Shown in pieces: positions 10,124 to 20,868 of a stretch of 64,000 nucleotides of DNA. A program made the position numbers and the translations under genes. Numbering within the stretch: the stretch's first letter is position 1; each line of letters begins with the position of its first letter. The notes below the pieces were generated by a model. It saw nothing but the letters and a program-made list of their open reading frames with translations. It did not search any database and was not told where the DNA came from. This DNA comes from an uncultured delta proteobacterium (lineage in GTDB: Bacteria > Desulfobacterota > Binatia > Binatales > Binataceae): the NCBI GenBank assembly GCA_963724765.1, contig CAVRVY010000001.1:416001-480000 (forward strand), read 5' to 3'.

Positions 10124-10936
10124 GTGAGCGGTGATGGCGGGGGACGTGGGGCGGTAGTGGCGAAGCGGGCGGCATCGAAGCGGAGCAAGGGCGCGACGGC
10201 GGCCAGGAATTCCTGGGGCTGGTCGAGCAAGGCGCTGGGCCTGGTGCTGTGCGCCTTCTTCGTTCTCGGCATGGCGACCGGGCTTAGCCAGGCGGGCCGT
10301 GCGCTCGCGGCGCGGGCGCGCGTGACGCTCGTCTCCTATTGGGCCGAAGCGGCGGGGACATTCGCCCAGTGGCGCGAAGGCACGACCGAGAGCGCGATGC
10401 TCGCGCCGCTGCCGCGCTCCACGCCGGGCGACGCGGTCGCGCTGGTCGAGCGCCATGACGGCTTTTATGCGCTCTTCGCCGAGGGCGAGTTGCGCGGGCC
10501 GGTCCAGGCGTCGCGCGCGGGCGACCTGCCAATCCTAAGCGGCGCGGCGGTGCAAACGGCCGGGGCGCGGGATCTCGTGCGTTATGCGGCCACGCTGGTG
10601 CGCTCCGAGGTGGCGCTCTCGGGACTGGTCTCCGAGATGCGCGTGGATGGCGACGGCACGGTGTCGCTCTTTTTCGATCGCTCGCACACCGAGCTGCGCG
10701 TTGACCTCGATGGCGCGCCGGCACAACTCAGGCGCGCGACCGAAGTGCTCGGCCAATGGCGCGGGCACGAGCAGCTGGTCGCGATGATCGACATGACCAC
10801 GCCGGGGCAGGCGGTGATGCGGCTGCGCCGGAGCGCGCCGCTGGCCGCCGCGCAGGGATCGGGCGCGGTGCGCCGGGTTGCCGAGCGGACTCGCGTGGGC
10901 GGCGGCATACTCGCCGGCGGGGGCGGGCGGAGATGA
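10124..10936 (+). CDS. ftsQ: FtsQ/DivIB-like bitopic protein, apparently lacking a POTRA domain
   Basis: Lies between murB and ftsA; basic N-tail, one TM helix, AVALVER...DLPILSG and C-terminal IDM resemble the FtsQ beta domain. Confidence 0.65.
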   Translation: MSGDGGGRGAVVAKRAASKRSKGATAARNSWGWSSKALGLVLCAFFVLGMATGLSQAGRALAARARVTLVSYWAEAAGTFAQWREGTTESAMLAPLPRSTPGDAVALVERHDGFYALFAEGELRGPVQASRAGDLPILSGAAVQTAGARDLVRYAATLVRSEVALSGLVSEMRVDGDGTVSLFFDRSHTELRVDLDGAPAQLRRATEVLGQWRGHEQLVAMIDMTTPGQAVMRLRRSAPLAAAQGSGAVRRVAERTRVGGGILAGGGGRR

Positions 10937-12156
10937 GAAACGTGCTGACAGCATTGGACGTCGGGACGAGCAAGGTTTGCGCGCTCGTCGCCGAGCTGTT
11001 GCCCGAAGGCGGCGGCGCGACCGTGCTCGGCTATGGTGTGGCGCCTTGCACCGGACTGCGTAAAGGCGTGGTGGTGAATATCGAGGCCACGGTCGACGCG
11101 ATTCGCGCCGCCGTGACCGAGGCCGAAAGAACTTCCGGCGTGCGAGTGGGCGCGGCGGTGGTGGGTGAGGCCGGCGCGCACGTGCGCGGGCTCAACAGCC
11201 ACGGGATCGTCGCGGTGCGCGGCGGCGAGGTCAGCGCGCGCGACGTCGAGCGCGTGATCGACGCGGCGCGGGCGGTCGCAATTCCGCTCGACCGCCAGGT
11301 CCTGCACATACTGCCGCAGCAATTCGCGGTCGACGACCAGGAAGGCGTGCGCGATCCGGTCGGGATGGCCGGGGTGCGGCTGGAAGCGCGCATCCATATT
11401 GTCACCGCGGCGCAGAGCTACGGCCAGAACCTGACCAAGTGCTGCGAGCGCGCCAACATCACGCCGCTGGAGATAGTCTTCGAGCCGCTGGCCTCGGCCG
11501 ACGCGGCGCTGTTTCCCGAAGAGCGCGAGCTGGGCGTGGCGCTGCTCGACATCGGCGGTGGCACCACCGACATCGTGGTTTTTCACGGCGGCGCGGCGAT
11601 GCATACCGCGGTGCTGCCGCTTGGCGGCAACCATCTGACCAGCGACGTCGCCGCGGGCCTGCGCACGCCGCTGCACGAGGCCGAGCGGCTGAAGATCAGC
11701 TTTGGCGTGGCGACCAATTCCGTGGTCGGACGCGATCAGACCGTGCAGGTGCCGGGCGTGGGCGGCCGCGAGCCGCGCGTGATCGCGCGCCGCATTCTCG
11801 GCGAGATCATCGAGCCGCGCATGGAGGAGATTTTCGCCATGGCGCAGCGCGAGGTGATGCGCTCGGGCGTCGCCGACAGCCTCGCTTCGGGCCTGGTGCT
11901 GGTCGGCGGATCGTCGCTGCTCGAGGGCACGCAGGAGTTGGCCGAACGGATCTTTGCGCTGCCGGTGCGGCGCGGTCTGCCGATCAATTTAAGGGGCATG
12001 CCCGAGGACCTGATGAAGCCCGCGTACACGACCGCGGCGGGATTGCTGCTGCACGCGGCGGGCGCGACCGGCGCGACCAGTAATGGAACAGTGCGGGGAG
12101 GGCGGCTGGGACGGCTGCGCTCGCTCGTTTCGGATTGGATGAGAGATTTCTTCTAG
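10933..12156 (+). CDS. ftsA: Cell division protein FtsA
   Basis: LDVGTSKV, GLRKGVVVNI, LDIGGGTTD, AERLK. Confidence 0.97.
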   Translation: MRNVLTALDVGTSKVCALVAELLPEGGGATVLGYGVAPCTGLRKGVVVNIEATVDAIRAAVTEAERTSGVRVGAAVVGEAGAHVRGLNSHGIVAVRGGEVSARDVERVIDAARAVAIPLDRQVLHILPQQFAVDDQEGVRDPVGMAGVRLEARIHIVTAAQSYGQNLTKCCERANITPLEIVFEPLASADAALFPEERELGVALLDIGGGTTDIVVFHGGAAMHTAVLPLGGNHLTSDVAAGLRTPLHEAERLKISFGVATNSVVGRDQTVQVPGVGGREPRVIARRILGEIIEPRMEEIFAMAQREVMRSGVADSLASGLVLVGGSSLLEGTQELAERIFALPVRRGLPINLRGMPEDLMKPAYTTAAGLLLHAAGATGATSNGTVRGGRLGRLRSLVSDWMRDFF

Positions 12157-12225
12157 GGCGGTGGAATGGCAAACGGGCTTTCAGCGGGCCGCTGAGTGCC
12201 GCGCAATGGTGGAGGAGGTTGAGTA

Positions 12226-13506
12226 ATGATCGATCTGGTGGACACCCCGGATCCCGGGGCGCGGATAAAAGTCATCGGGGCCGGCGGATGCGGCGGCAAC
12301 GCGGTCAGTCATATGATCAAGCAGGGGTTGCACGGCGTGGATTTCATAGCCGTCAACACCGACAGCCAGGCGCTGGCCAACAGCACTGCGCCGATGCGCA
12401 TGCAAATCGGCTCGGTGCTGACGCGCGGACGCGGCACCGGCGGCAATCCTGAAATCGGACGCAAGGCCGCGCTGGAAGACGAGGAGCGGCTGCGCGAAGT
12501 GCTCAAGGACGCCGAGATGGTGTTCGTCACCGCGGGGATGGGCGGCGGCACGGGCACCGGCTCGGCGCCGATCCTTGCCCGTATCGCGCGCGAGAGCGGC
12601 GCCTTGACGGTCGGCGTGGTCACCAAGCCGTTCCAGTTCGAGGGCAGCCGCCGGATGTCGCAGGCCGACGAGGGGCTGCGTGAGCTCAAAGACGCGGTCG
12701 ACACGCTGATCACGATTCCCAACCAGCGCCTGCTCTCGATCGCGAGCCGCACTACGTCGCTGCGCGAGGCCTTTCAGAAGGCCGACGACGTCCTGCTCCA
12801 GGCCGTCCGTGGCATCTCGGAGCTGGTCACCGTCCATGGACTGATCAACCTGGACTTCGCCGACGTGCGCTCGATCATGGCTGAGATGGGACTGGCGATG
12901 ATGGGTGCGGCGAGTGCGACCGGCGAGAACCGCGCGGTCGAGGCGGCGCAGCGCGCTATCTCGAGTCCGCTGCTGGAGGACGTCTCGATCAAGGGCGCGC
13001 GCGGGCTTTTGATCAACGTCACGGGCGGCTCCGACATGTCTCTCTACGAAGTGACCGAGGCGGCGAGCCTGATCCAGGAAGAAGCGCACGAAGACGCCAA
13101 CATCATTTTCGGTGCGGTGATCGACGAAAAGCTGGCCGACGAGATCCGCATCACAGTGATCGCGACCGGCTTCGGCGATCTGGCCACGCGCTACAACCCG
13201 CGCTACTCGTCGTCCGGGGCGCCCATCACGGCGCCGATCCAGGCGGCCGCTACGCGGCCCGTCGATCCTGCCACCGTGCATCCCCCCGCGCCCACGTTGC
13301 CGCCTCCGCCGCCACAGCAGCGGATGTTCGGCGGCAAGCCGGTGCGCCGGATGGGGATGATCGTCGATGATGGCCTTGACATACCGGCCTTCAAACGGCG
13401 CGGCGCGGATCCCAACGCGATGCTGGACCGGTCCGAGCCGAGCGAACTCGGCGAACAGGACGACAAGCTCGATATCCCGACCTTCTTGCGCAAGCATCTG
13501 GAGTAG
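12226..13506 (+). CDS. ftsZ: Cell division protein FtsZ
   Basis: GGGTGTG tubulin motif, NLDFADV, C-terminal LDIPTFLRK. Confidence 0.99.
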   Translation: MIDLVDTPDPGARIKVIGAGGCGGNAVSHMIKQGLHGVDFIAVNTDSQALANSTAPMRMQIGSVLTRGRGTGGNPEIGRKAALEDEERLREVLKDAEMVFVTAGMGGGTGTGSAPILARIARESGALTVGVVTKPFQFEGSRRMSQADEGLRELKDAVDTLITIPNQRLLSIASRTTSLREAFQKADDVLLQAVRGISELVTVHGLINLDFADVRSIMAEMGLAMMGAASATGENRAVEAAQRAISSPLLEDVSIKGARGLLINVTGGSDMSLYEVTEAASLIQEEAHEDANIIFGAVIDEKLADEIRITVIATGFGDLATRYNPRYSSSGAPITAPIQAAATRPVDPATVHPPAPTLPPPPPQQRMFGGKPVRRMGMIVDDGLDIPAFKRRGADPNAMLDRSEPSELGEQDDKLDIPTFLRKHLE

Positions 13507-13680
13507 TCGGGAAAGCGAAGAGAGGGGGAGCCCGAGCGAGCGGCGCCGAAACGCGCAGATGCGCGACGCGCGGTCGCTCGCGCATTGATGGGGTGGATGC
13601 GCGCGCGATAGCGCTCGCATCGTCCGCTCATTTTCAGCTGTTGTAGCGTTCAGCCGTGATTCGCGCGCGAGCCGCGCGAA

Positions 13681-14889
13681 TCAGTCGGCTCCAGCGAGGT
13701 TAATTGCGGGAACCGCTGGCGCGGCGCGTAGCGGGATGATGACGAAGAACCCGGCCACAGAGGCGCAACCCGTGAAGGCCGCCGCCCACAGGTAGCTGCC
13801 AGTGCTGTCGATCACCAGGCCCGCCAGCGGCGGCCCCACCAGCGCGCTTATCGCCGAACTGGTGTAGAGCGTTCCCAGCACGGCGCCCATGCCTTGCACG
13901 CCGAACAGTTCCGCCACCACCGCCGGCGAGAGCGCGACCACGCCGCCGTACGCCGCGCCCATCGTGAGCGCGAAAACGACCAGCCATCCGTAGCCGCTGG
14001 TCAGGATCCACACCGCGTAGCTCAGCCCCAGCGCGAGCGTGCAGAGTTTGTACAGCCACATGATCCCCGTCCGGTCCGCCACCACGCCGAGCGCCATCCG
14101 TCCCGCCACGCTCGCGCCGCCGATAATTCCGACCAGCGTGGCGGCGGCGACCCGGCTCACGCCCTGGCTGTGCGCAAATTCAGGCAGGTAGACGAACGGC
14201 ACATAGATCGCGATCGAGGAGAGGAGCGAGGAGACCCAGAGCATCGCGAAGTTCGGCGTGCGCACCGCCGCCGAAAGGCGCGGCCGCGCGGCTCGCAGAT
14301 GGATCGGCGGAGCTTCGACCGCCAGTGCGCAGATGACGAGGATGATCGCGCCGGCCACGCCGAGGATCACGTAGGCCTCGCGCCATCCATAGCGCTCGAT
14401 CAGCACGGCGGCCAGCGGAGCCATCGCCAGCGTTCCGCATCCGATCCCCGCCACCGAAATTCCGAGCGCCGTGTTGCGCCAGCGCGCGAACCATCCGCCC
14501 ACCACCGCAACCATCGGCACGTAGCAGCACGCTCCGCCCAGTCCCACACCGAGCCCGTAGCTCAGGTAGCCCATCCACAGACGGTCGATGCGCGATGTCA
14601 GAATAAGTCCCGCGCCGATGAAGAACGCGCCGGCCAGCAGCACCGGGCGCGGGCCGTAGCGGTCGCTCAGATAGCCAGCCGGCGCGCCGAGTGCGTTGTA
14701 GATGCCGGCGGTGATCGAAAACACGGCCGAGGTCGAGACGCGGCTTGCCCCGAACTCTGCGCTCATCGGGCGGAAGAACGCACCGAAGCTGTAGGCCACG
14801 CCGAACAGCGTGAAGCACGACATGAACGCGGTCGCCACCGTTATCCACGCGCGCGGCGAATCGATCCCTGCGGAACGAAGCTGCTTCAT
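13681..14889 (-). CDS. MFS transporter (MCT/OFA-like)
   Basis: About 12 hydrophobic segments, GYLSDRYGPR motif A. Confidence 0.88.
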   Translation of the reverse strand: MKQLRSAGIDSPRAWITVATAFMSCFTLFGVAYSFGAFFRPMSAEFGASRVSTSAVFSITAGIYNALGAPAGYLSDRYGPRPVLLAGAFFIGAGLILTSRIDRLWMGYLSYGLGVGLGGACCYVPMVAVVGGWFARWRNTALGISVAGIGCGTLAMAPLAAVLIERYGWREAYVILGVAGAIILVICALAVEAPPIHLRAARPRLSAAVRTPNFAMLWVSSLLSSIAIYVPFVYLPEFAHSQGVSRVAAATLVGIIGGASVAGRMALGVVADRTGIMWLYKLCTLALGLSYAVWILTSGYGWLVVFALTMGAAYGGVVALSPAVVAELFGVQGMGAVLGTLYTSSAISALVGPPLAGLVIDSTGSYLWAAAFTGCASVAGFFVIIPLRAAPAVPAINLAGAD

Positions 14890-14908
14890 CTTGACGGAGC
14901 ACTTTCAG

Positions 14909-16060
14909 CTACGCGCCGGCGTGCAGCTTGATCAGCTCGAGCGTCACCTCGGCGGTCGCTGTCATGTCGCGCGCGTCGAGCCATTCGCGCACCGTATGGA
15001 TGTCGCGCATGCCGGTGCCCAGGTTGGCGACCACCAGTCCACGCTGATTGAAAATGTTGGCGTCGCATCCGCCGCCGGTTGCATGCGGCTTGACCTCGCG
15101 GCCCAGCCGGCGCGCGGCCTCGATCACCTTGCGCACGATCGGCGCGTCCTCGGGCACGTTCATCGCGCTGTAGGAAGGCACGCTGCGGTATTCCAGCTCG
15201 GCCCGCATCAGTTTGCCATCGACCGTGACCGCGGCGCGGTCCACCGCGTCTCTGAAGCATCCGATCATATGCTCGACCTGGGCGGTCAGCTTGAGCGGAT
15301 CGTTCGAGCGCGCCTCGCCGCGCACCACCACCTCGTTGGGCACGATGTTGCCGGCGCGGCCGCCCTGGATGGTGCCGAGGTTGGCGGTGGTCTCGTCGTC
15401 GATTCGCCCCAGGCGCATCGCGGCGATCGCCTCGGCCGCGATCCTGATCGCCGAAAGGCCGCGCTCGGGCGCCATTCCGGCATGCGCTTCGAGCCCGCGC
15501 ACCGTGAAGCGCAGGCCCTGCGCGCCGGCCGCGCGCACGAACAGGTAGCCGGGCGAGTCGCTATCGAAAACCAGCCCTTCGCGCGCGCGCAGCAGGCTGA
15601 GGTCGAGGTTGCGCGCGCCTTGCAGGCCGATCTCCTCGCACACCGTGAATACGACGTCGATCGGTCCGTGCGCGATGTTTTGCTCGCGCAGTTGAAGCAG
15701 CACCTCGCAGATGATCGCGCATCCCGACTTGTCGTCGCCACCGAGCACGGTGCTGCCGTCGGTGCGGATGAGGTCGCCGTCGACCACCGGCTTCACGCCT
15801 TCGCCCGGAACGACGGTGTCCATGTGGGCGCATAGAAGAAGCGGAGCCACGCCGTCGCGGGTGCCGTCGAGATGGCCAATCAGGTTGCCGCAGTTGCCGT
15901 GGACCTTCTCGGCGGCACCGTCGAAGCGGCAGCTAAGGCCCGCGCTCTCCAGTTCGCGCACGAGCCGCAGCGCAACGTCGCGTTCGCGGCGCGAGAGCGA
16001 GTCGATCTGGACGATTTCCAGGAATAACTGTTTTAACCGCGCGTGGTTGACCGCCGCCAT
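14909..16060 (-). CDS. M20 family metallopeptidase (peptidase T-like)
   Basis: AHMDTV, LGGDDKSG, EEIG, GGGCDAN, IHT. Confidence 0.9.
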   Translation of the reverse strand: MAAVNHARLKQLFLEIVQIDSLSRRERDVALRLVRELESAGLSCRFDGAAEKVHGNCGNLIGHLDGTRDGVAPLLLCAHMDTVVPGEGVKPVVDGDLIRTDGSTVLGGDDKSGCAIICEVLLQLREQNIAHGPIDVVFTVCEEIGLQGARNLDLSLLRAREGLVFDSDSPGYLFVRAAGAQGLRFTVRGLEAHAGMAPERGLSAIRIAAEAIAAMRLGRIDDETTANLGTIQGGRAGNIVPNEVVVRGEARSNDPLKLTAQVEHMIGCFRDAVDRAAVTVDGKLMRAELEYRSVPSYSAMNVPEDAPIVRKVIEAARRLGREVKPHATGGGCDANIFNQRGLVVANLGTGMRDIHTVREWLDARDMTATAEVTLELIKLHAGA

Positions 16061-16378
16061 GATGAGTTTGTAGCGCGATTGGCGCCGCGCTTTCCACCGG
16101 GCTCCGGCGAGCGCGCTACAACGAGGCGAGATTCACTTGGCAGCGCTGCCGCGGGCGGCGGCGATCAGGCGGTCGATTTCCTCGCCGCGCTCGATGTGGC
16201 GCTTTCGTCGTCGACCAGGTGGGCGAGAGTCCTTAGAGATCGTGTTCGGATTTCACAATGCAATGCCTCATTGCCTTTTGCAGCGAGGTACGCACCAACG
16301 GTGCACGGAAACATCCTGGCTTGCCTGCGATTTCGAGGGATTCCTCTAAGGTACGGAATTTGCGCTCAGGGTCAGGTC

Positions 16379-16816
16379 ATGAACCTCTGGCGCAGACGCG
16401 CGAGCTTGCACAACGGCCGAACGACGCGGCTCAAGCATGATTTCGTGATCGGACCGCAGCGTCATAGCGACCTGTTTGGGCGGGCGGCGCGACTTTACTA
16501 TTGCGTCCGATGCAAATGGAGCTTCCTGGTCTGCGGCAGCACAGTCGCGGTCCTCGACGAAGATGAAGTCCCGATAGCCGGAGAAGAAAGTGTCCGGCGA
16601 TTCAATACTTTCGGAGAAGGCCCGTGTCCCGTACTCGAAGCGTTCGTCTCGGCGGCGCTAGCCCGCGCCGAGGCTTTGCGTCCGCCATCGCGCAGCAAAC
16701 ATGACGAACCTGGCAGCGTGGCTCCTGTGGCCCCCATCCACATTCCTGCCCGGTCCGCCCGGCCCCGGCCTTCGCTGCGCGTACTTACCCGGATGCGAGA
16801 AAATCCAGGCCGGTAG
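16379..16816 (+). CDS. Hypothetical protein with CxxC
   Basis: ORF with CVRC and a later Cys; no recognised family. Confidence 0.5.
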   Translation: MNLWRRRASLHNGRTTRLKHDFVIGPQRHSDLFGRAARLYYCVRCKWSFLVCGSTVAVLDEDEVPIAGEESVRRFNTFGEGPCPVLEAFVSAALARAEALRPPSRSKHDEPGSVAPVAPIHIPARSARPRPSLRVLTRMRENPGR

Positions 16817-16866
16817 CGCAAGCGACGCTCGCGAGCGTCGCGTTCAGTATTGATCGCCAGTTGCTC

Positions 16867-17038
16867 CTAAGCGGCGCCGTTCTCGACGACCTTCCAGCTT
16901 CCCGCGCCCACGCCAGGGTCCAGGCTCAGCCCGCTTATCACCCGATCCGTTGGCGCACTGCCGGTCGACTTAGATTGCGGCGCCGAAAAGCTGCGCCAGC
17001 ATCAGCCGCACGATGAATTCCACCAGGGTCATGGTCAT
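16867..17038 (-). pseudogene. mgtC: Internally deleted MgtC/SapB relic
   Basis: Manual translation gives MTMTLVEFIVRLMLAQLFGAAI*VDRQ (MgtC TM1-like), then a frameshift into RVISGLSLDPGVGAGSW (MgtC C-terminal LSLEPGV..W-like). Confidence 0.65.
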
Positions 17039-17109
17039 CGGCAAACTCCATCGGTCAGGTGCGGGCGGTGACGCTCGCCGGCGGGCTCGACAAGCGCATC
17101 GGAGCCAGG

Positions 17110-17132
17110 TATACCATACCCCCTATGGTATA
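17110..17132. promoter_or_regulatory. CsoR/RcnR-family operator
   Basis: Perfect inverted repeat TATACCATA-CCCCC-TATGGTATA around a C/G tract, 19 bp upstream of the repressor gene. Confidence 0.85.
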
Positions 17133-17151
17133 AGGACAAGGTGAAGTTCGC

Positions 17152-17430
17152 ATGGGCCATACGATCAAGGAAAAGACCAAGCTACTCGCCAGGGTGCATC
17201 GCGTTCGCGGCCAGATCGAGGCGGTCGAGCGGGCGCTTGAAGAAGAGAAAGGATGCACAGACGTGCTCCATCTCGTGGTCGCGGCCCGCGGCGCGATGAA
17301 CAGCCTGATGGCCGAGATCATCGCGGATCATATCCGGATGCACGTCGTCGACCCGGCACGCGAACGCGGCTCCGCTCGTGCACAGGGCGCGAAAGAGCTG
17401 ATCGATGTCGTGCAGGCTTATCTGAAGTAA
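17152..17430 (+). CDS. CsoR/RcnR/FrmR family metal- or formaldehyde-sensing repressor
   Basis: MGHT..K.KLLARV.RVRGQ, C(35), DHIR.H. Confidence 0.92.
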   Translation: MGHTIKEKTKLLARVHRVRGQIEAVERALEEEKGCTDVLHLVVAARGAMNSLMAEIIADHIRMHVVDPARERGSARAQGAKELIDVVQAYLK

Positions 17431-17448
17431 CCGCAAGGATTAGTCACG

Positions 17449-19446
17449 ATGGAATCGCCTCGAAGAAAAGGTGACATCGCTTCGCTCGAGCCGCTCGAAG
17501 CCCGCACGCCGCCGCCGGTTGCGGCCGAGAGCGAGAGCGGCCAGACGCTCGGGTGGCTCGAGGCGCTTCGAATCGTGGTGGTAGCGCTCGGGGCCGCCGC
17601 GGTCTGGTTTCATTTGTGGGAACCGTTTTCGAGCGTCAACCTGATCGGCGCACTCGTCGTTCTGATCGGTGGCTGGCCAATCTTCAAAGAGGCGGCCGGT
17701 AACCTCGCGGCGAGGCGGATGACGATGGAACTGTCGATGGCCATCGCAATTGTTGCTGCGGCTGCCATCTCCGAGTATTTCACCGCGCTCGTCATCACGG
17801 GTTTCGTGCTGGTCGCCGAGGTGCTCGAGGGCATGACGGTTTCTCGCGGGCGGCGCGCTATCCGCGACCTGTTGGATTGCCTGCCTCGTACGGTCAAGGT
17901 TCGCCGCGCGGGCGGGGTCCGTGAGGCCGCGGCCGGCGAGCTTGCGGTTGGCGATTTCGTTATGGTCAACCCCGGTGGCGCCGTGGCCGTGGACGGCGTG
18001 GTGGTAAGCGGTCATTCATTCGTCGATCAGGCACGGATAACCGGCGAGTCGATGCCGGTTGAAAAACTGCCTGGCGCATTAGTCTACGCCGGAACGATCA
18101 ACCAGTCAGGCGCGCTGGAAATCCGCGCCGAGCGAATCGGCCGCGATACCAGTTACGGCAAGATTATCGAGGCGGTTGAGAATGCTGAGCGCTCGCGGGC
18201 GCCGGTGCAGCAACTCGCCGATCGATTGGCGGGTTACCTGGTATATTTCGCGCTCGGGGCGGCCGCACTCACCTTTATAATCACGCATGACATCCGCTCT
18301 ACCATCTCGGTGGTGATCGTGGCCGGCGCTTGCGGAATTGCCGCGGGCACGCCGCTCGCGATCCTGGGTGGTATCGGCCGCTCGGCGCGCCTCGGCGCAA
18401 TCATCAAGGGTGGTCTGTACCTGGAGACGCTTGGCCGCGTAGACACCGTGGTTCTCGACAAGACCGGCACGCTTACTTTAGGCCGCCCGGAAGCACAGGC
18501 CGTAGTTCCGGCGGCGAACGTGTCGGAGGCCGAAGTTATAGTCGCCGCGGCGTCGGCCGAGATGCGTTCCGAGCATCCGCTCGGCAAGGCGATCGTCGCG
18601 CGCGCCGTCGCGGAGCGCCGTTCCATCCGCGAGCCGGAGCGTTTCGACTACCGTCCCGGACGCGGTATCACGGCAGTGGTGGACGGCGCGACTATCCTGG
18701 TCGGCAACCGCGCGCTCCTCAATGAACGCGGAATAGAGATTCGGCAAGCCGCGCCGGTCAATTCCGCCGTTGCAGCAGCGTCCGATGCCGCCGCGGAAGT
18801 GTTCGTCGCGCGCGAGGGGTGTTTTATCGGGACGATCCTGATCGCCGATACGATTCGTCCCGAGGCTCGCCGCGCGGTCGAGGCGTTCAGCCGGATGCAC
18901 ATCCGGGCCGTCCTGCTTACGGGCGACACCAGGTCCGTGGCCCAGCGCGTCGCGCGCGCTCTCGGGATCGATGAGGTGGAAAGCGATTTGCTGCCCGAAG
19001 CCAAGCTCGCGCGCATCAGACGTCTGGTGGCGGACGGTTCAGTGGTTGCGATGGTCGGTGACGGAATCAACGACGCGCCCGCCCTGACCGAAGCCAGCGT
19101 GGGAGTCGCGATGGGCTCCGGGACCGATGTCGCGCGCGAGAGTGCGGACGTGGTGTTGCTCGGCAACAACCTAGTGAAGTTTACCGAGACGCTGGCGGTC
19201 GCGCGCTGGACGCGCCGAATCATCTTCCAGAATTTCGCCGGGACGATCGTGATCGACATGGTGGGCATCGCATTGGCCGCCGTCGGGCTGCTCGATCCGC
19301 CGTTGGCGGCCTTCATTCACGTCGCTTCCGAATTGGTCTTCATGCTTAACTCAGCCCGGTTGTTGCCGCGATCCGAGCGTGGGAGTCGAGCGAATTCGGA
19401 AATCGCAACCGAGCCGCAGCAACAGGTCATCGGGCGGCCCGCATAA
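17449..19446 (+). CDS. Heavy-metal P1B-type ATPase with atypical intramembrane motif
   Basis: TGES, DKTGTLT, SEHP, GDGINDAP; AGACG in place of CPC; no N-terminal metal-binding domain. Confidence 0.92.
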   Translation: MESPRRKGDIASLEPLEARTPPPVAAESESGQTLGWLEALRIVVVALGAAAVWFHLWEPFSSVNLIGALVVLIGGWPIFKEAAGNLAARRMTMELSMAIAIVAAAAISEYFTALVITGFVLVAEVLEGMTVSRGRRAIRDLLDCLPRTVKVRRAGGVREAAAGELAVGDFVMVNPGGAVAVDGVVVSGHSFVDQARITGESMPVEKLPGALVYAGTINQSGALEIRAERIGRDTSYGKIIEAVENAERSRAPVQQLADRLAGYLVYFALGAAALTFIITHDIRSTISVVIVAGACGIAAGTPLAILGGIGRSARLGAIIKGGLYLETLGRVDTVVLDKTGTLTLGRPEAQAVVPAANVSEAEVIVAAASAEMRSEHPLGKAIVARAVAERRSIREPERFDYRPGRGITAVVDGATILVGNRALLNERGIEIRQAAPVNSAVAAASDAAAEVFVAREGCFIGTILIADTIRPEARRAVEAFSRMHIRAVLLTGDTRSVAQRVARALGIDEVESDLLPEAKLARIRRLVADGSVVAMVGDGINDAPALTEASVGVAMGSGTDVARESADVVLLGNNLVKFTETLAVARWTRRIIFQNFAGTIVIDMVGIALAAVGLLDPPLAAFIHVASELVFMLNSARLLPRSERGSRANSEIATEPQQQVIGRPA

Positions 19447-19503
19447 TATGGCTTGAGCATCGGGCTGCCGGCCGGGAGTGCCCGGGTGACGGCGCGCGCG
19501 GCT

Positions 19504-20277
19504 TCAAGGGCCTTGCGACTGGCCGAGACGGGTGAGCGCGTCGAGCAGCGGAGCGTCGGAAATTTGTATCAGCCCCTCAAACGGCCGGTCCAGTTCCAGG
19601 ACCAGGAAGATCGCGCCGGCGACCGACAGCGCGCAGACGAGCAGGACTGCGATCACAGTTGCGTTCGGAGGCGCGAAGAGACCGAAGCTGGCGAAGATCA
19701 TCGCGAGCCAAAAAATCAGCACGACCAAAAACGGCATCGGAATAGAGCCTGCGTTCTGCTCCAACAGCAACGAACGTATATGCCCCAAATCGGAGGTGAT
19801 CTGCGTCGCCTGGGCGCGGAGCGATCGCTGGAGATCGTCGTGCGGCGTCAGTTGCTCTATTCTGTCGAAGAAAACATTGGCTCCGGCCTTTATCTCGGGG
19901 GAGTCCAGTTTCCCGGATTGGTAATTGCCCTTCGACCACGTCTGACCAAGCCCGCGAGCGACCGTGACGCGGAGCAGGTCGCGGGCATCCTTGGTTTCCG
20001 GTCCATAGTGGGCCAGTACGCGGTCGAGCTGAATGAAATCGGCGGCCATCGTCACGACCTCACCGCTCTGCGTGTCATGCGAACTCTTCGCCGAAGCGAT
20101 TAGGAGAGCCAGGACGAGAGCCGACATCGTCGCGATCAGGCCCATCCCGAGCTTTACGACGTCTTTGGAATCCGCGTTCAGATGATGATCGGGCACAATG
20201 GGCCACACAAACATCCCGATTACTGCGCCGCCAAAGACGCACGCGAATGCGATCCAGCTGATGGCCATCGGGCTCAT
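19504..20277 (-). CDS. DUF4239-like membrane protein
   Basis: Four TM segments, LDRVLAHYG, LELDRPFEG. Confidence 0.75.
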   Translation of the reverse strand: MSPMAISWIAFACVFGGAVIGMFVWPIVPDHHLNADSKDVVKLGMGLIATMSALVLALLIASAKSSHDTQSGEVVTMAADFIQLDRVLAHYGPETKDARDLLRVTVARGLGQTWSKGNYQSGKLDSPEIKAGANVFFDRIEQLTPHDDLQRSLRAQATQITSDLGHIRSLLLEQNAGSIPMPFLVVLIFWLAMIFASFGLFAPPNATVIAVLLVCALSVAGAIFLVLELDRPFEGLIQISDAPLLDALTRLGQSQGP

Positions 20278-20409
20278 GTTCAAACTCTCTAATAGCTGTA
20301 TCAGAAGCTGTCCTTTTGATCCGCATACGATTTGTTGCAAGGCTTCTCTGCCATTGCTAACGGATGAACGTTCATTCGCCGTGTCCGAGCCTTGGGAGGG
20401 GCCGCCCCG

Positions 20410-20868
20410 ATGGCGCAGGCGCAATATTTTCTCAAGCCGTCCCTGACCGAGCGCATTTTCAACCGCCTCTTCGGCATCGCAATCGGCTTCGGCCTGGGCC
20501 TGGGGCACAACTACGTGGTCGAAGTCAGGGGGCGCAAAAGCGGCAGGGTTTTTTCCGCGCCGATCGACCTGCTGGAGTTCGAGGCGCGCCGCTACCTGGT
20601 GGCGCCGCGCGGCGAGACCAAGTGGGTGCGTAATGCCCGCGCGGCGGGGCGCGTGACGCTGCGCAAGGGACACCGGCGCACAGAGTTCGCGGTGCGCGAG
20701 GTTGCCCCCGCCCAGCGCCCGGAATTGCTTAAGGCCTATCTCGACCGCTTCGCACTAACCGTGCAGCGCTACTTTCCGCTTCCACGGGAATCCCCCGCTT
20801 CCGAGTTCGCGTCGATCGCCGAGCGCTATCCGGTCTTCGAACTGACACCAGCCGGCGGGGATGCCTGA
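20410..20868 (+). CDS. Deazaflavin (F420)-dependent nitroreductase-like protein
   Basis: GRKSG, WVRNARAAG, PVFEL. Confidence 0.8.
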   Translation: MAQAQYFLKPSLTERIFNRLFGIAIGFGLGLGHNYVVEVRGRKSGRVFSAPIDLLEFEARRYLVAPRGETKWVRNARAAGRVTLRKGHRRTEFAVREVAPAQRPELLKAYLDRFALTVQRYFPLPRESPASEFASIAERYPVFELTPAGGDA

